64,000 bases of DNA from Gammaproteobacteria bacterium (GTDB lineage: Bacteria; Pseudomonadota; Gammaproteobacteria; SZUA-140). This document shows, piece by piece, positions 61,431-64,000 of this stretch. The stretch lies in assembly GCA_015491865.1 (NCBI GenBank), contig WFVD01000015.1:225430-289429 (forward strand), in the 5' to 3' direction. The position numbers were made by a program, and so were the translations under genes. Positions within the stretch are counted from its first letter, which is position 1, and each line of letters opens with the position of its first letter. The notes under the pieces are model-generated. The model saw only the letters and a program-made list of their open reading frames with translations. It searched no databases and was not told the origin of the DNA.

Positions 61431-62798
61431 TTAACCGACACTTTGAATTTCTATTCCGGCATCCCGCATTTTTGCCAGTTTATAACGCAATGTGCGCTGA
61501 CTAATCCCCAGCTTCTCTGCTGTTGATTTTCTATTTCCACTCATCATACGTAGCGTTTCCAGAATCATGCTCTGCTCATGTGACTTAAGGCTCGCCTGGT
61601 GAGTCGGCGCAACGCCCGAACCCTTTCTATCTGTCTGTTCAATCTTATTTATAGCAACACTCGTTGATGGGCTATCTGATTCAAACTGCAAATCATCCAC
61701 TTCTATTGTTTGACCAACGTGAAGTATCAATGCGCGCTGTATGATGTTATCCAGCTCACGTACATTTCCGGGCCATGAGTGTGACATCAATTTTTTCTTT
61801 GCTGCTGAAGAGAGCTTAGGAGGTAAACAGCCCCCTTTCTTGGCATTATTCTCGATCAGGCGCTGAACAAGCGGCAGGATATCGGCAGGACGATCGCGCA
61901 GTGGCGCGAGGAAGAGAGGAAAAACATTTAAACGATAATAGAGGTCTTCACGAAAACGCTGTGCGGCAACCTCCTCCATCATCCTTCTGTTGGATGTCGC
62001 CAACACACGCACATCCAGTGATATCTGTTTTCTACCCCCCAGCCGTTCAACTTCTCTCTCCTGTAGCACTCGCAGTAACTTCGCTTGCAATCCAAGATCC
62101 ATTTCTGAAATTTCATCGAGCAATAGGGTACCGCCCTGTGCCTGCTCAAACTTTCCCGGTGATGCCTGGTATGCGCCAGTAAAAGCCCCCTTTTCATAAC
62201 CAAATAAAGTGGCCTCAAGCATATTTTCGGGAATAGCCGCGCAGTTTATTGCGATAAAAGGCTGATCTGCTCGATCAGAGTGCTGATGAATGTAGCGCGC
62301 CAACACCTCTTTTCCTACGCCACTCTCGCCACTAATCATCACCGTTGCATCGCTCTTTGCGACACGACTGGCCATCTCTATTAGTGCTTGGCTTTTTTCA
62401 TCCTGGGCAATAAATTCTTCTGATTCTGCATGTTGGTGTGAGAAATAACGGCTAACCATGTCGATCAATGCATTGGCGTCAAAAGGTTTCAGAAGATAAT
62501 CCGAGGCTCCCTCTCTCATTGCTTCAACGGCACTCTGTACGCTCCCATGGGCAGTCATCAATAACACTGGAAGCTCTGGATTGCTGGACTTAATTTTTTT
62601 GAGTAAGGCATTTCCACCCATAGGCTTCATCTGGACATCACTGATTACCAGGCCGATATTCTGTGATGACATCACATCCAGCGCGGCACGCCCATCTGCA
62701 GCCGTGGCGACATCGTAACCGGCAAGATCCAGGGTGTCACATAACGCTTCACGTAATGAGCTATCATCTTCAACGACTAGTACAGTGGAATAACGCAT
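61431..62798 (-). CDS. fleR: sigma54-dependent response regulator FleR/FlrC
   Basis: Receiver domain (VEDD, SDVQM), GESGVGKE, GAFTGA, C-terminal HTH; sits before fliE. Confidence 0.88.
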   Translation of the reverse strand: MRYSTVLVVEDDSSLREALCDTLDLAGYDVATAADGRAALDVMSSQNIGLVISDVQMKPMGGNALLKKIKSSNPELPVLLMTAHGSVQSAVEAMREGASDYLLKPFDANALIDMVSRYFSHQHAESEEFIAQDEKSQALIEMASRVAKSDATVMISGESGVGKEVLARYIHQHSDRADQPFIAINCAAIPENMLEATLFGYEKGAFTGAYQASPGKFEQAQGGTLLLDEISEMDLGLQAKLLRVLQEREVERLGGRKQISLDVRVLATSNRRMMEEVAAQRFREDLYYRLNVFPLFLAPLRDRPADILPLVQRLIENNAKKGGCLPPKLSSAAKKKLMSHSWPGNVRELDNIIQRALILHVGQTIEVDDLQFESDSPSTSVAINKIEQTDRKGSGVAPTHQASLKSHEQSMILETLRMMSGNRKSTAEKLGISQRTLRYKLAKMRDAGIEIQSVG

Positions 62799-62862
62799 AT
62801 AAACTCCTTCCTATAAAACTATAATGGTGATGAAAGGCTAACGAATGCCGGCATCACATCAT

Positions 62863-64000
62863 TTACTTATCAACATTTTCTTTTAGTAATGGCAGCCGAA
62901 CGACAAACGTTGTGCCACTCTGATTGCTTGTAGATGATGCTTCAATCCAGATCGCGCCATCGTGAGCATTCACAATGGCCTGAACTACAGCCAGCCCCAG
63001 GCCAGTACCCTGTGCTTTAGTAGTAAAAAAAGGCTCAAAGATCCGCTGCTGTATCTTTTCGGAAATACCGTGGCCGTTATCAGTAATATAGATATCAACT
63101 GTTTTGTCAGTTAAATTGCGGCTCTCAACTTTGACCTTACCGCCAGCATGACGGTTATCACCCGACTCATCGTCATGCTCACAGGCCTGAATAGCATTTG
63201 AGACAAGGTTCTGTAAAACAGCTGATAGCGCCTCGTAATGGCCTGAGATATGAACATCCGCGCTATTAACAATCTCAAGCTCGCACATGCCATCTTCGAG
63301 TAGCGGTAACATCATCTGCTGTAGCTCATCCATTAACATCGCGAGCCTCACCCGGTCTGCACTAAAATTCCCACCACGAGCAAACACCAGCATCTCATCG
63401 ACAAGGCGCTCCAGGTGTTTGAGGCGAGAGAGGATCTGTTCTGCGTAGCGGGCGCGTCTCCCCTGATCCAGGTCGTCACGTTTGAGATGTGAGGCATAAA
63501 GTAAACCGGATGCTAGCGGGGTGCGTATTTGATGTGCAATTGAGGCAACCATCTCACCCATTGCTGAAAGCCGTTGGTGCCGGTTCAACATTGCCTGCAT
63601 TGCGCGCGCTTCGGTGACATCGGTTAATAGAATGATTTGACCGGGAACATCTCCAACTGGGCGCGTTGCAATGTTAACGATGCGACCATCTTTCAGAGGA
63701 ACATCATCCCCTGGCACTGTGGATTCAAAGGCGCGCACAACAATATCACGCCACAACAGGCTTAACAGCGGCTCACCAACCAACTCAATCGCAGCACGAT
63801 TACACTGCTGCACATAGCCATCGCCATCAAGCACAATGACGGCCGCAGGAAGCGCATCAAGCAGCCCTTCAAAGCGGCGGATGGTCTGTTCGTTGTCGCT
63901 CTCACGAAAGAAACGGCGGCTACGCTCTAGCGCCAGTTCACCCGTTAACTGGCCAACACGATCTTCCAAAATGCGATAGCTGTCTGCTAGTTGATCCGAG
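62863..64000 (-). CDS. fleS: PAS sensor histidine kinase FleS/FlrB (5' end outside window)
   Basis: Frame open to the window end (SDQLADSYRILEDRV); AHQIRTPL, NLVSNA, DNGHG, FFTTK, GTGLGL. Confidence 0.87.
   Translation of the reverse strand, partial: SDQLADSYRILEDRVGQLTGELALERSRRFFRESDNEQTIRRFEGLLDALPAAVIVLDGDGYVQQCNRAAIELVGEPLLSLLWRDIVVRAFESTVPGDDVPLKDGRIVNIATRPVGDVPGQIILLTDVTEARAMQAMLNRHQRLSAMGEMVASIAHQIRTPLASGLLYASHLKRDDLDQGRRARYAEQILSRLKHLERLVDEMLVFARGGNFSADRVRLAMLMDELQQMMLPLLEDGMCELEIVNSADVHISGHYEALSAVLQNLVSNAIQACEHDDESGDNRHAGGKVKVESRNLTDKTVDIYITDNGHGISEKIQQRIFEPFFTTKAQGTGLGLAVVQAIVNAHDGAIWIEASSTSNQSGTTFVVRLPLLKENVDK

Overview
Chromosomal window from a flagellated gammaproteobacterium; Na+ antiporter and PEP-CTERM genes hint at a marine habitat (inference). 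Housekeeping genes (nhaA/nhaR, rimO, prc, smc, queF, htpX, cysS, slyD) and a flagellar block (fleS-fleR-fliEFGHIJK) are interspersed with accessory loci. I found no tRNA, rRNA, CRISPR array or transposase. The most notable observations are: (1) two citrate-synthase-fold genes with altered catalytic residues, lying between a TonB-dependent receptor and a YfiR + sensor-PAS-GGDEF-EAL pair; (2) an unannotated CsrB/RsmZ-like sRNA with 12 GGA motifs between ycgL and rimO; (3) a nuclease / DUF4332-OB / Cys coiled-coil three-gene locus; (4) a soluble chemoreceptor with a globin plus three Aer2-type PAS domains; (5) a signal-less PhoD-like enzyme paired with a membrane protein; (6) sigma28-type promoters in front of uncharacterised genes; (7) an unannotated 39-aa membrane protein gene; (8) a degenerate MITE. 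All family assignments come from motif recognition by eye; no searches were run.
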